Shown: positions 11,809 to 24,619 of the stretch, in pieces | Numbering within the stretch: the stretch's first letter is position 1 | How the letters are laid out: each line of letters begins with the position of its first letter | Source of the DNA: Felis catus | Lineage: Eukaryota | DNA: 64,000 nt | Direction of reading: 5' to 3' | Assembly: GCF_018350175.1 (NCBI RefSeq) | Contig: NC_058368.1 | Span: 231,510,001-231,574,000 of the forward strand | Program-made: the position numbers and the translations under genes | Notes under the pieces: generated by a model | The model's database searches: none | Told to the model about the DNA's origin: nothing | Seen by the model: only the letters and a program-made list of their open reading frames with translations

Positions 11809-12595
11809 TCGACTATTTTTGACACTAGGAAACATTATTTTTCTAGGCAAGACTTGCCTTTTTTCTTTCTGACTTGCCTTTTGCAGTAGGTGTTGAAATG
11901 CAGATGTAACAATATTGCCAATTATATCAAGATGATGAAGCAATGGAAAGGTTCTAGAAACAACCCTTGATCCATTAATAGAATTAATGGTCCCATTATG
12001 TCATCTAACAAGTTTTATTTTCCTTTGTGTGCTGAGAAGCATGAAATTATCATGTAAATAATGTCACATCTGTGCAAACAATTTGCAAGGTGCTCTCCAA
12101 ATTCAAATTTGAGCTGTCATTTCTCTTTGTTTGTTAACTGTTTTACGCCCTGAAGTTTTTTTCCACCTCACATGAGAACCGTATAGTGATTTTTCATTCA
12201 ACCCTCATGCTTGAATGTCAGGAACCTGTGTGTCTTAAAGGATCTGGAGAAAGTGCAGTTCGGAATTCACATTCCGTGAGCAAGAGGCTTGTGTGAATAT
12301 CCTTTAGTATTCCTAGCTGACTCCATAACCCTTTTAAAGGTCATTTAATTTCTCTTTTTGCATTTGCCAAGTTTGTTTTTATGTCTTCATGCTTGTGTGC
12401 TGAGGGTCCCTGTAGTCTTTTAGCTTCTGGATTATTCTCTGTGGGCTCCCCATTAGATAACTTTGCATGCCGAGGCTGGCAGTGATTGAAAGAAAGAAAT
12501 CACTAGAATCATGGCCATCCTGGTTCCTCAAGCAGCCTCTTAATTCTGGTGCTTACCTCCAAATCTTACATGTTGGAGGTTAAAACTTAATGGGA

Positions 12596-13105
12596 TTCCA
12601 TAATCTGGCTGTTGTTGAAAGCCTAAATGTCCATCAACTGATGAATGGATAAAGAAGATGTGGTTTATATATACAATGGAATGCCACTTTGGCAATGAGA
12701 AAGAATGAAATCGTGCCATTTGGAGCAACGTGGATGGAACTGGAGGGTATTGTGCTAAGTGAAATAAGTTAGTCAGAGAAGGACAGATATCATATGTTTT
12801 CACTCATGTGTGGAACTTGAGAAACTTAACAGAAGATCATGGGGGAAGGGAAGGGGAAAAAATAGTTACAAACAGAAAGGTGGGAGGCAAATCATAAAGA
12901 CTCTTAAACACAGAGAACAAACTGAGGTTGGATGGTGGGGGTGGGGGAGAGGGGTAAGTGGGTGATGGGCATCAAGGGGGGCACTCGTTGGGATGAGCAC
13001 TGGGCGTTGTATGAAAGTGATGAACCGCGGGAATCTACCCCAAAAGTCAAGAGCACACTTTACACACTGTATGTTAGCCAATTTGACAATAAATTACGTT
13101 TAAAA
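12596..13105 (+). mobile_element. Carnivore L1 3' end with a ~23-nt 5' inversion
   Basis: Sense L1 from 12619 (AAGCCTAAATGTCCATCAACTGATG); 12596-12618 is antisense L1; TSD AAAACTTAATGGGATTC at 12582-12598 and 13353-13369. Confidence 0.88.
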
Positions 13106-13117
13106 AAACTTAATGGA

Positions 13118-13350
13118 GGGGCACCTGGGTGGCACAGTCGGTTAAGCGTCCGACTTCGGCTCAGGTCACGATCTCACAGTTTGTGAGTTCGAGCCGCGTC
13201 GGGCTCAGTCCTGACAGCTCAGAGCCTGGAGCCTGCTTTGGCTGCTGTGTCGCCCTCTCTCTCCCTCTGCGCCTCCCCCACTCACTCTCTCTCTCTCTCT
13301 CTGTCTTTCTGCCTCTCAAAAATAAAGACACGTAATAAAAAAAGTTTAGG
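13118..13350 (+). mobile_element. CanSINE inserted at the L1 tail/TSD
   Basis: SINE body; AAAAAACTTAATGG on both sides. Confidence 0.92.
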
Positions 13351-13435
13351 AAAAAACTTAATGGGATTCGTTTTCAGAGAAATGAAGTTTCTGGACGTTG
13401 TGTATTTTGGTGTGGGCATTTGCCATTGTAGACAC

Positions 13436-13437
<2 letters not shown>

Positions 13438-13481
<44 letters not shown>

Positions 13482-13498
13482 TGCACACACACACACAC
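13438..13498. repeat. (CA)n microsatellite
   Basis: Directly visible, with one interruption. Confidence 0.95.
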
Positions 13499-14179
13499 CG
13501 TCACTGGGAACTTATGTTAATTGGTGATGCAAACCCAAACTATCCCACAGAGAACTGAGTACATTCCAAGCCTTCCAGACACGCTAAGCACACGTTTTAC
13601 ATCATTTCATTAAATTCAGGCCTACCCACTCAGCGCTGTAGTTCTGTTAGCCCGACAGTTATTTCTAAGGTACCTTTTGTTCTGCATTCAGATTGTCTTC
13701 AGTAAGTGTGCTATTTAGGTTTTGCAAAGCAGAACCATCGGTCTTGCTACGATGCTGTTCCATTGGGCACTGTGTGCAGCACCAAACTGATTGCAAATCC
13801 AGTTTTAACATCTCAAGAACGTGAGGGCTGGGAAATATTTTCTCCTGCCACTTGGGTTTGGGAAGAACAAGATAATTTCTTGCCCTCTGCTCCATGCTGC
13901 ATTATTAAAGAGGCTGTTGTTAGCAGAGGCTTTGTAAGAGTGTGAATGGTGTGTGCGTGCGTGTGGATGGTGTGCGTGTGGGTGCGTGTGGGGGGGGAGG
14001 GGTGGAAGGAGACACCAGGCTCAGATACGAAGGCTGACGACCGTATGAAGTTGCTACGACTTACAGCGTCCTATCTCAACAGCGATGTCTGATGAGGATG
14101 TGGCTGGGATTCTGCTTCTGTAAATGTTGGATATTTGGATATTTGCTTACTCTCCTTTAGCATGACTTAAAACTCCTAG

Positions 14180-14880
14180 AAACGATCCTACCGCTTACTG
14201 GCCGTTCAAGGGCAGCGGTCTCCAGGTGACTGTGGCGGCCAGTTTGGTAAAATGGCCCGTGTTAAACATACGTTTTACATCGTGGGTAACGAGACCTGCC
14301 CAGGTAACCGACTGCGTACCTTTCACTGAGGCTCACCTGAACGGAGAGCTGGTCAGGGCTGCTCCGTGACGGTGAGCGGGCGGTGGCTTCTCACTCGGGG
14401 CTTTTTGTCGCCCCTGTGGGCGCCTCTGGGTGGAACCCTGCAGCCCAGGGCACGTTCACGGAGACCTTGCGGTGGAATGTTACCGTGGCTTACAGTAAAA
14501 GCGGGCTCCTTGGAATTACCGGGGTTGTTGATCCATCCCGGATTGACCTGGTGTTGACACAACCATCCAAGCATGGAGTGATCTCAAAGACCACCGGAAC
14601 GGATGGCATTTGTCCTTGTGACAGATCGTCGGGAAAATGAAAGACTCTGGTGTAGCGTCATTTTCCGTCACCTTTGGATCACTTGCAAATCTGCCCCAGG
14701 CAGGCGTCTCGGGAGCTGTCTGAAAAATTGCAGTTTGCACACTCAACAGCACGCGACCGTCCTGCGGAGCCCTGGTCCTCAGGGACGGGCAGTTGTAGAG
14801 TGTGGCTTACACTCTCCTGGTCCTCCCTGGGGGCGGAAGGACTTCGGGGAGACGAACTCTCAGAGAAATGCCTCACCTGT
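14180..14880. promoter_or_regulatory. CpG-rich, repeat-free segment (CpG-island-like)
   Basis: About 40 CpGs in ~700 bp by manual count; GGGGCGGAAG (Sp/ETS-like) near 14830. Confidence 0.4.
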
Positions 14881-15819
14881 GTCAAAGTCACAAAGAGAAA
14901 TGAATGCCCGTTTCCTCTTCCTTAATCTCCCCGTACTCATTCAGTCATTACTGCAGGAACGACGGTGAGTTATAGGGACACAAAAACACTGTTTTTCCGG
15001 GAACCAACGAGAGAATTTTCTTAAAATGTAAGATCATCTATTCTCTAATACAGCCTCTGGAAATGGAACAGCGTGTGCATTTAGGCGTACGGTTTGTTTA
15101 TCGTTATTTTATCCCAGCAGGTGTTGACTGAGGATCCACCCTGTACCGGGTTCTATTCTAGCTACTGAGATCAGAGCCTTGAACACAGGAGAGTGTGAGG
15201 TCCTAGCCTCACTCTGCTGACGTTCTAGAAGGGAGAGAGATGGTACAAAAGCAAAACATGAACGATAGAATCGGCCTCAGCATAGACACCAGGAGGAAAA
15301 GGAAAGGAGGAGTAGCTGAGAGTGAGGGGGGCCCTCCTGTGGACGGGGCCGGGGACAGGCTCCCTAGCACGGAGAGATGTGAGCCCTTCTGAGCGTCCCG
15401 ACGGAGAAGCGTGGCAGGTGCTTAGCGAGGAGCACCGGGGCCCGCGGAGGCACGTGCTCGGCTCCCGAGCTCGCTATTCTTTTCAAATCCCAACCTGTAG
15501 TGAGTAGATCTCCTCCTCTTTGTCGGCTCCCAGGCAGCCTTTGGAGAAAATGCCCCCGAAGTTTCAAATCTTGACTTCAGTGCTCCTCGTCCTGCTCGTA
15601 CCCAAGGTCGGAAAGGTCTCGGGCGAAATTTCGTCTTCGTTTCTTTTGAAATTAAAGGAGGCAGTAAAAATCACGTCTTGGCCAGTGATCCTGGTCTGTG
15701 ACCCCACGGGTGACTTGCACTGGCTGGGTGGGGATAAGCCCCGGACCCTCCAGGGTCGCTCTTCTTCTTATTAAATGGGGGGAGTTGTTTGAGAGGGATT
15801 CTTAGGTCCCCAAGAATTA

Positions 15820-15980
15820 TGTGCGTCTCCCCATGTGGCCACTGTGGGTCTCTCCACGTGAGCCTGGGCGCCCCTCCCCACGTGAGTCGGTGTGCGCTTC
15901 TCCATGTGAACCGTGTGCAGTTTCCACGTGCGCCTGCCTATACTCTCTTTTTGCCATCTTGTGTGCACTCCCCACGTAAG
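15820..15980. repeat. Degenerate ~23-24-bp minisatellite carrying CCA(C/T)GTG
   Basis: CAYGTG cores at 15832, 15855, 15879, 15903 and 15925, plus CACGTA at 15973. Confidence 0.8.
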
Positions 15981-17499
15981 CTTCTGTACATTCTCTTGGA
16001 ATCTCATGTGCACTGCTCACAGTGTCTGTGGATGCTTACAGGTCCTCTCTCTGGTTAAGTCCCGGTGTACTCCCCTCTTGCTGGACTATGGCCTTTTCTT
16101 CCTGCAGGCCTGTGTGTACTCTTACCTTGCAAATCTTGAAGGCCTGTAACTGTGATTGCTGGGGTCCCAAGGCCTGCGGGAGCCCAAGAGGTGCACTGCC
16201 TTTAATGGTTCTTCTCTAGGACTTCCATCCAAGTAAGATAGCCTCGGGCCTGGAGACCAGGGGTTGACCATGGGGGTCATCCATGGACAGTGCATTCCTG
16301 GGCCCACGGTGGACCTTCTCGCTGGTTCCTCTTGGAACCCGCGCAGCCCCACAAGGCCATGTAAGCACGGAACTACAGGAGAGGGAGCCCACTCTGGAAG
16401 GAGAGGGTCCCGCGATCCGTCCCATCCCCTGACTTGGCCCACGGTGGGCATTCACTAAATTCTGCTGCTGAGAATGACCCTGAGTTTGCTGCGTCACACA
16501 TAGGTCTGAAGTGTTCTTCACTGGACGATGGTATCTGGCCAAGAGTTAGAGGTGGTTGAGGGTTAGTTACGCCCCCCAAACTTTCCTACTAATTTGTAGT
16601 GAAAGCAAGTCTCAGGCTAGATTCACCACCTAGAGAAAGCAGCCAGGAACAGGTCATATGACGTACGGTGTGAGCCTGATAAAGTCTCTGTCTCTATCCT
16701 TCCAGGTGACTCTTGCCCATCTTGCCGGAAGGCTCGGTGACACGTGTGTGAAAGTTCTCCTGTGACAGAGCACTGCCGTCCTACCAGGCTTCCGGCACCC
16801 AGAGCCCTCTGACTCGGCTGCTGCAAGTAGGACCTTTTAGGGTTAAGCCTTGGTGCTGTCTCTACGGGTGGGGGCTCAGGCCACGAATACATTCTTCCAA
16901 CTCAAAGGCATTTTGCAGACGTGAGAGATGATTAGGAGTCTCTCTCCCTTTACAGACGCACAGATGTTAACATTGTAGTGACTCAAAAGAAGTCCCATTT
17001 TCTGACAACCTTCTTTTCAAAAACATAGGTAAGCTGAGTTGCAAGAATATGCTTTCCTCTCACTCACTCACCCTCCCTGGAGACTCTCTAGTTACTTTCC
17101 TTAATGACTGAAATGTGTTATGATTGAAAATGTCACTCATCGTAACCTGAGTGAGAGGCGGGTTCTCTTTTTGGACCATATCTGGTGGGTCGCTGTGGGA
17201 AGGATGATTGAGAAGAATATAGATGAGAAAGTGTGTCCACGGAAGTGGGGGGGGGGTTGCAGTAGAATCAGCATGCTTCCTGGAAGTGGAGGCAGGTTTG
17301 GGCAGGAGGCCCTGGGCTTAACATGTTACCTTTCCCCCGTGGCGCTCACCCCTGCAGGACGGTGGGTGTATAGAGCTTGAAAAGTGGAAAAGGAGGCGCA
17401 GCCTATGTTAAAGAGAAAATGACCCCCGAGTAGAGACAGCAGTAATGATCTATCTGAGAATTCCCGGGGGGGGGGGCATGCTCACCACCAGGCCTCAGT

Positions 17500-17682
17500 T
17501 CTGCTGAGAGCCAGAGCCAGAGTCAGAGTCAGAGAGTCAGAGGGAGAGAGAGAGAGAATCCCAAGCAGGTTCCACACTCAGTGTGGAGCCTGGTGCGGGG
17601 CTCAATCCCATGACCCTGGGATTGTGACCTGAGCCACAACCAAGAGTCAGACGCTCAGTGGACGGAGCCACCTAGGTGCCCC
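17500..17682 (-). mobile_element. CanSINE (older)
   Basis: Reverse SINE body ending GCCACCTAGGTGCCCC. Confidence 0.85.
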
Positions 17683-17789
17683 AGGTTACTCTTCTTCTTA
17701 CGCAGTGACTTTCATCTCTTCCCCGGACGTGGCTTCTGTTGGGGGGCCCTGCCCAGATCCCCAGGATGCTATGGCATGCAGTGGGCGAG

Positions 17790-18025
17790 AGCCACTGAGC
17801 TAGTGGGAAGCTCAGCGAGATCTCACTGAGCGAGAGCCAGCACCTAGTGGGAAGCTGGGCAGCCTGTGGAAGCTGGAAGAGGCAAAACCAGAAGGAAGGC
17901 AGCCTTGCCATCCCCTTGGTTTTAGCCCAGAGTGGTGCATCTTGGACAGAACCACAAGAAAATGAATTTTGTTGTCTTGAGCCACTGTGCTTGTGGCAAT
18001 TTGTTAGAGCAGCAATAGGAATGAG
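17790..18025 (+). mobile_element. MaLR LTR fragment (MLT1D/E-like)
   Basis: GAAGCTGGAAGAGGCAA...GAGCCACTGTG...GGCAATTTGTTAGAGCAGCAATAGGAA is a typical MLT1 3' part. Confidence 0.65.
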
Positions 18026-19436
18026 AAGAGACAACAGTATAAGAATTGAGGACACATATGGGGCAGTGGTGATTTGCCCAGGCTTAGGGTGGAGGGAGAA
18101 GAGCCTGGTCTGTGGATCCCGAGGCCAAGAAGCCTGCGTCTGCCTTGAGGTGGTGCTCCTGGGGAGCTGGCCGGGCCCTGCAGGGGAGTGGCTGCAGGGT
18201 GGGATCTGGGCACTGGGACTCTGGGCTACCCTGGCTCGCAAGTCAGAGACCCGAGATCAGAAGGGGGTCTCAGCCATGCCTTGTACTTGAAAAGTCCTGC
18301 ACTAGACCCAGGGCCCCTCTTCTCCAATCCCAGTTTGCAGTAGCCCCTCCATCTAGTGCCACAAGACAGAAATCTAGAAAGTACTCTCCCTGCAGCCCCT
18401 CTTCATGGATGGATCCACATGCCGAGTCCATCCAAATATATTAATTCCGTCTGGCTCTGACCTTCCTCTTTGATCTCATCTGCTGTTGTCCTCACGGCCA
18501 CTTCTGTTTGTCGCAAAGACCAAATTGATGTTCACATTAGGGTTTCTATTTTCCTTGTTGTGGGGTCTTCTTTCTCTTGGCTTGCTCCTGTTTGTTTCTT
18601 GGGTTTGCACTCACATGTCACTCTCTAGGGAGACCTTCCCTGACCCAGAGCCCTTGCAAAGTGTTGTTCTCTGTCACATCTCCTGGTTTTTATTCAAGTC
18701 AGAGTTGGTTAAGGTCAAGTCAGAGTTGTTATCTGAAATCATCTTGTTTGTTGAGTTTTGTGCACATTGTCATTCTTTCTTGAGAATGGGCAGGATCGTG
18801 ACCGCCTTGTTCACTGCTGGGTTCTGCATGACCAGAATGGCATCAGGCACGTAGTAGGTGCTTTATATCCTAAGCATTTCCAGAGTCTTTGTAATATTCC
18901 ATCTCCAGCTCCATCACCGACGCTCTCACTTCGGTTGACAGTGGGAAAAGCTTCATAAAATAACCAACCTTGAATTATGTTCTGTCTTGAATCTGCCAGA
19001 GTACTTATTTTTCAAGCTGGCTTGTAAGGAGAAAGCTAAGTCCCAGAGAGTCTGGGGCTTTCCAAATACGGGGAGAACCCACAAGCGTGGGGCGATTAAT
19101 AGAAGGTTGAGGAATTGATTCGTAAATTAAATACACGAATTCCGTATCCTACGACAAACACGTTCGATGGATTTAACGAACAATGTACTATTTCACCTGC
19201 TTTGAGCTCTTCACGTGCTTTCACACTGAAGACTGCATTCCTGGGAAGTTGAATAAGACATATGTATTTTGGGAGTGAGTTATTTTGGGAAGCTTCGTAC
19301 GTCCTCTTAGCAAATATCACAAGGGACCGATTCAACATGGGTTTAGATTTGGGTGAAATACCTCCCCTCCACCTTCACCTTCACAAGGTTCCTTCTTTGC
19401 TACGCCCCAATGGTGGGGAATGCAAATATTTCCTAT

Positions 19437-19566
19437 CAACTGCGACTACTGCCTACGATTCTTACTACTATTGCTCTTACGACTACTACAACGGTTACCA
19501 TCCCTACACTTGCAGTTGCAACGACTACCACTTGTGCAATTCCTCCGCCTCCTCTCTACTGCTGGC
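19437..19566. repeat. Decayed (CTA/ACT)n trinucleotide tract
   Basis: Recurrent ACTACT/ACGACT/CTAC units. Confidence 0.7.
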
Positions 19567-19671
19567 GATGATTCACAGAGCTCTTCCCTAGTTCACGAGC
19601 TTCTTCCCTTCCAAGGTCCACCTTCATTTCTTTTGTGGGTAGAGTATCTTTCCTTACTCGTGCGCCTCTTA

Positions 19672-19817
19672 AACTTTTACTTTTAGAATCATTCTGGATG
19701 CACAGAAATTTGGTAAAAAATATGCAGGGAGGCCCCATGCGCCTCCACTCAGTTTCCCCTAATGGCAGCCTCCCACATAACTTTAGTCCAATATCAAAAT
19801 GAGGAAGTCAACATTGG
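19672..19817 (-). mobile_element. Old L1 (L1MB-like) 3' terminal fragment
   Basis: CACAGAAATT...CTCAGTTTCCCCTAATGG...AATATCAAAA...AACATTGG. Confidence 0.6.
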
Positions 19818-20335
19818 GGGTTTTTTTGAATGTTGAGAAAGGCCAACTCAATCTCCCTCCCTCCCTTCCCCATATATATATACATACATACATACACACA
19901 TACATGGGAGGGAGATAAATCTGTATCTATATCACTAATGGAAAATAATAGGTCAATGTGTTAGAAGTCTAAAGTCTTTGGGCTTGACTGTAATTTCTTT
20001 GTTCTTTGTTTAGGGTTTTTTTTGGGTTGTTTCTAGGTGTTATTTATAATATCGGATGTTGTAGTAGCTCATGCCATTTTCTAACAAAAAGCCTTGAAAT
20101 GGTACGTTGTAGTGAGACAAACTTTTCAATATGGCAATATTTTATTAATATGAGGAGACCGAAGTAAAATACAGTTTTGTCTAACTGCAGGCGTATTGCT
20201 GTTTGCTGGGAAGGGCTCCTCTCTTTCTCCCTCAGTAGGGAACCAGCACCACAGCCTGTGGTGTGGGGCTCAGGTGAGGAATTTCTAGGTAGCAGCAATG
20301 TTATTTATATGCTGGAGGCACTTAGGTGGAATTTC

Positions 20336-20570
20336 TTTTTTTTTTAAATGTTTATTTACTTTTGAGAGAGAGAGAGACAGACAGAGAGAGACAGAGAGAG
20401 AAAGTGTGAGGGGGTAGGGGCAGAGAGAGAAGGAGATACAGAATTCGAAGCAGGCTCCAGGCTCCATGCTGTCAGCATAGAACCCGACGCGGGCCTCGAA
20501 CCCACGAACCGCGAGATCATGACCTGATCCGAAGTCGGACATTTAACCAACTGAGCCCCCCCAGGCGCCC
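20336..20570 (-). mobile_element. CanSINE
   Basis: Reverse SINE; TSD CACTTAGGTGGAATTTC at 20319-20335 and 20571-20587. Confidence 0.95.
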
Positions 20571-23332
20571 CACTTAGGTGGAATTTCCTGTGGGGCGTTC
20601 CGCTGGAAGTCAGCAAAGTTAGGTTGATCTTCATCCGTGCAGAATGACCGTGGACAAAGGGCCTCACAAGACCCCTTTCAAGCGTCATGAATTTCTACCA
20701 GCTTTCCTGGCATAAGGCTAGGCCCGAAATACTGGCTTGGCCATTCTGCCCGCTCCAGCAATCTGGTTAGAGCTTCCAATAGGGAGCACTGTCCTTTCTT
20801 CATTCTTCATGTATTTTCTCCCCCACAATCACGTTACTTCACTTTGGAGACCAGGTGTGGGGAACAGGAGGCATGCAACCTTCACATAAAGTTTATCATT
20901 CAGGAGCAAGAGATCCAGTGAGCACAAATTGGAAGGGTGCCGAAAAGGGCCCTCCTAACACAGGGCTCATGCGGTCGACCTGAGGATTAGAAAGAGTTGA
21001 GCTAGTTAATTTGCTACTCGCTTGTTCTTACCCAGGGCTGCCCTTCACAGCAAAAATGCCAATGCTCCAGTCCCGCCAAGACTGATTACATCCTAATCTG
21101 CAGGAGGTGAGGTCAGCCTTCAAAAAAAGTTCAGGTACATAGTCAGGGTTGACAAACACTGACCGAAGTCCTGAAAACAATATATCCTGGATGAAATAAA
21201 CTGTGTTCCGTTTGAATTCTTTTATTGAGGATCGGACTGTGTAAATTGTGTGACGTCCAGTGTGAAGGAGAGATCAGGAATGGAGAAGACGCGTCTGTTC
21301 CCCGGGGTGTGGGTCAAGGGGAGCAACAGGGCTCGTTCCGGCAGGCAGTGCCGGACAAGTAGCAAAGTCGGTGTAGAGGGCAAGGCTCACAGTCAGGCGG
21401 AGTTGCAGCTCCGGGCAGCCTGTGCCTTCCAGGTGAGGCCCTCCGTCAGCAGACGGAGGTTTAGGAGTAGGACTCCTTTGGTCAGGAGGCTTGACGTAGC
21501 CTCCAGGTAAGCTGGATTTAGGAAGTGGGGTGTCATGGTAAGGATGAAAGACACACAATGTGGGTGACCTCCCACTTTCCCCACTTTCCGTGCAACATGG
21601 CACTTCCCCCTCTAAGCTTGGATGGCATTGCAGCTCTCTTCAGTCTCTTGGAGGCCACTCTCAAGTGACCGGGAAGGAGGGGAAAATAGGACTGGGAATT
21701 AGCAGCCCCCGGATCTTGGGCTTCATCTCGTGGGAGGCAAGACTGCACTCTGGATGCCCAGTAAGACTGAGGCTCCTTCTTGGAAGTTTCCGCCATGGCT
21801 GCCCCAATGGGGTGGACTTGGTTTGTGGGAACGGCCCACTGGGGGAGATCCTGCTCAGAGAAGTCAAAGAAGGGCGTGGGGGTGGTGCTCACAGCCCCCC
21901 ACCCCCAACACTTCCTTGGAAACCCCACGCTACTGTGAGTGGTGGCGTTCATGCTCCGTAATTGGCTTTAATAATTTAAACCATAATCTTACCATTTGTC
22001 TCTTCTGTCTTCTTTCTAATCAAGTTTCACACTGTCATGAATAAAAAAAAAAAAATCGTAAAACCCCATAACACAGAAGCGAGAATACGGACACTGGGCC
22101 CGTTTAAAGTGGCCTCTACGAGACTTGACACCACTGAAGTGAGCGGGTCTCCTGTAATCACAATTCTCTACGCTCCCCAGCCCTGCTAGAAGCCACTCAT
22201 TAATAATGGATAGAAAATATAAAGGTTGGTTTTCCTGCCTTACATTCATCACAGAGATGTATAGTAAACGCAGCGAGATTGCATTGCTAAACTTGAACTC
22301 ATCTTAAATCAAAGTGACCTTTAAATTATCCTTCAAACTAACCACCCCCCCGCCCCCAGTCTTCATCCCCAAATAACTATTGGTACATAGACCAACTTTT
22401 GTTAATGACATATTAAATTAGATTAACTTTGCTTGAGCTCAGGCTGAAATGTTAGACAATAGCTTTTATTGCACACTGTAGGTGAAATCTTGTGTAATGC
22501 ATTATATTAATACGCTGTTTGATGCTCCAGCTGAGATAAGGAAACGGAATTATGTTGGAGAATGGAAATCACAGTGCAATCTCACACTGGACCAAGTCAT
22601 CAAAACTAAAGGCTAAATTCCTACATTACACAACCAAAGAAGAAGAAGTGCCATAGACAGAAGCCGTGATCCTTACCTTTCCTGGGAGTATCTCCTGTAG
22701 TTTGTTTGGTCTTCAGAGACAGTGATCTTCTCTAGTGTTGCTCTTCCTCAGTGGCCTTTCGGACCTTCTCACATTTTCTGGGTCCCTATGTTTTGGCCGT
22801 TGAGTTTTGCTGTGTTTCTGGTCTTTGAGCTGGAAGAGCAGGTACAGAATCACGGGAAAGCCCTGATCCATCACTTGAACCCAAACCAGAATCTGGGCTA
22901 ATTTAGGATCATAGGACCACTAAATAACGGGCAACTGCAGTGCCTTATGATATGGAGACCATGAAGCTTTCTTCCCCCTTGTTCTTCCAGCCAGGTCCCC
23001 CCAGGTCTCCTCCTCTGGGGCTCAGTAACTTGGAAGAATAATGTCTGATACAATACATGCCCCTGTGTGCAACTACAAGAATCCTAAGAAATGCTCTCAG
23101 AGATGCTGGAGGTCACTGTTGATCCTCTGGAAAAGTGACCAGGTAAAGGGAACTCCAGACGGTCTCGTATACACAAAACAAGCCTCCGAAAATGTTAGCT
23201 AATGGTTGCTGTCACCCCTGAGAAGTTGTTATAGAGCTGTGTGTTCAGACCTTAGAAGACAAGACCCTCATATTTCCAGAATTGAATAGATGAATGGAGA
23301 ATGATCCACATATTCTATATGTTTTCTATGTT

Positions 23333-23764
23333 TGTTATGGGTTGAATTGTGTCATGATTGTCAGTAAATTGAAAAATACAAATGTTTAAGTTCTAATGTT
23401 CAGCATCGTCGAATGTGACTTAATTTGGAAGTCAGGTCATTGCAAATGTAATTGGTTACACTAAGAAGAGGTCATTAGGTGGGCCCAACATGACTGGTGT
23501 TCTTATAAAAAAGGAAATTTGGCATACAGAGAGAATGCCATGTGAACTTGAAGGCAGCCAGCTGAATGGCCATATGAACTTGAAGATGAGCTAAGCAGAG
23601 AGGCCTGGAACAGATTCTCCTTCACAGCCCTCAAAAGGAGGCAAACCTGCCGACACATTGGTCTTAGCCTTTCCAGCTTCCAGATCTGTGAGACAATAAA
23701 TTTCTGTTGTGTAAGCCACCAAGACTGTGATACTTTGTTATAGCAGCCCTGGAAAACAAATAAA
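23333..23764 (+). mobile_element. MaLR solo LTR (MLT1B/C-like)
   Basis: TGTTATGGGTTGAATTGTGTC start; AATAAATTTCTGTTGTGTAAGCCAC...TGTTATAGCAGCCCT end. Confidence 0.85.
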
Positions 23765-24619
23765 ATATTATATGGAAAGGGAAAAAGGAAGGAAAAAATA
23801 AGAAAAAATGAAATAAGAAAGTAAACATTTATAGGACATACCAGTCTCATGTCATCTGAGAAAGTATCTACTGCAAGGCAAACATTTAATTCTAATTTTA
23901 CAGGAAAAAAACAAAAAAAGGCTTAGACTTTACATGAAGTGCCCAAGTTTGCATCATTTGGAAATTATAGAACCAAAGTCCAAACTATTTGCCATATAAC
24001 ACATCCTATATGAGGAATAAACACTTTCTAGTTAACTTCAAAAAAGACCAGGAAACCTGTCCCACAAGAGGAAGGTTTCAATCAGTTCAAGTTATGGATC
24101 TTTGGATTCTAAGAAATAGAGACCCACCCTGGTTCAACAGAAAGAATGGTATTGGGCTTCTCCTTGCTTTAGTGACAGTGTCAGGAAAAATCTCATGAAA
24201 CCCAAGGAAGGAAATATCCTTGGGGTCAGCTGAACCTGGAAGGGTAACTGAAGACTCAGAAATGAAGGTCCAGCCATCACCCGCCATCTCTCATGGCTGC
24301 ATATTTTCTCTCTTCTCAGATTCTGTCCATCATGGCTTCGCTGGTGGCTAGAGTCCAGTGTTGTCCCTAAGATCCCTGCCTCTTCATGTTCCTGCTCTTG
24401 TGTAATCCCCTCTCCTTATGTGAGATAATAAATGTGGGCAGTTTTAAGCCACTGAATTTGTGGTGATTTATTATGCCAAAATCTCTGTTTTCAACATCTT
24501 CTATTTTCTTGTCTTGAACTTGGTTCTATATAGCTGCTTTGGTACTAATGGCTCAGCTGTTAGCTGGAACACCTACCGGAGGTTCTAACTTCACTCTGTC
24601 ACAGTCCCTTTTTTCCCTT

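Noticed and set aside
17672..18290. Overlapping 189-aa and 147-aa ORFs
   Set aside because: They run through an MLT1 LTR fragment in GC-rich DNA and have no known protein similarity.
19095..19200. AT-rich but CpG-dense stretch, considered as NUMT or foreign DNA
   Set aside because: No mitochondrial gene or RNA similarity that I can recognise, and CpG retention is elevated elsewhere in the window too.
19262..19686. Three overlapping plus-strand ORFs rich in Tyr, Thr or Leu
   Set aside because: Explained by a decayed (CTA)n tract that lacks stop codons on this strand.
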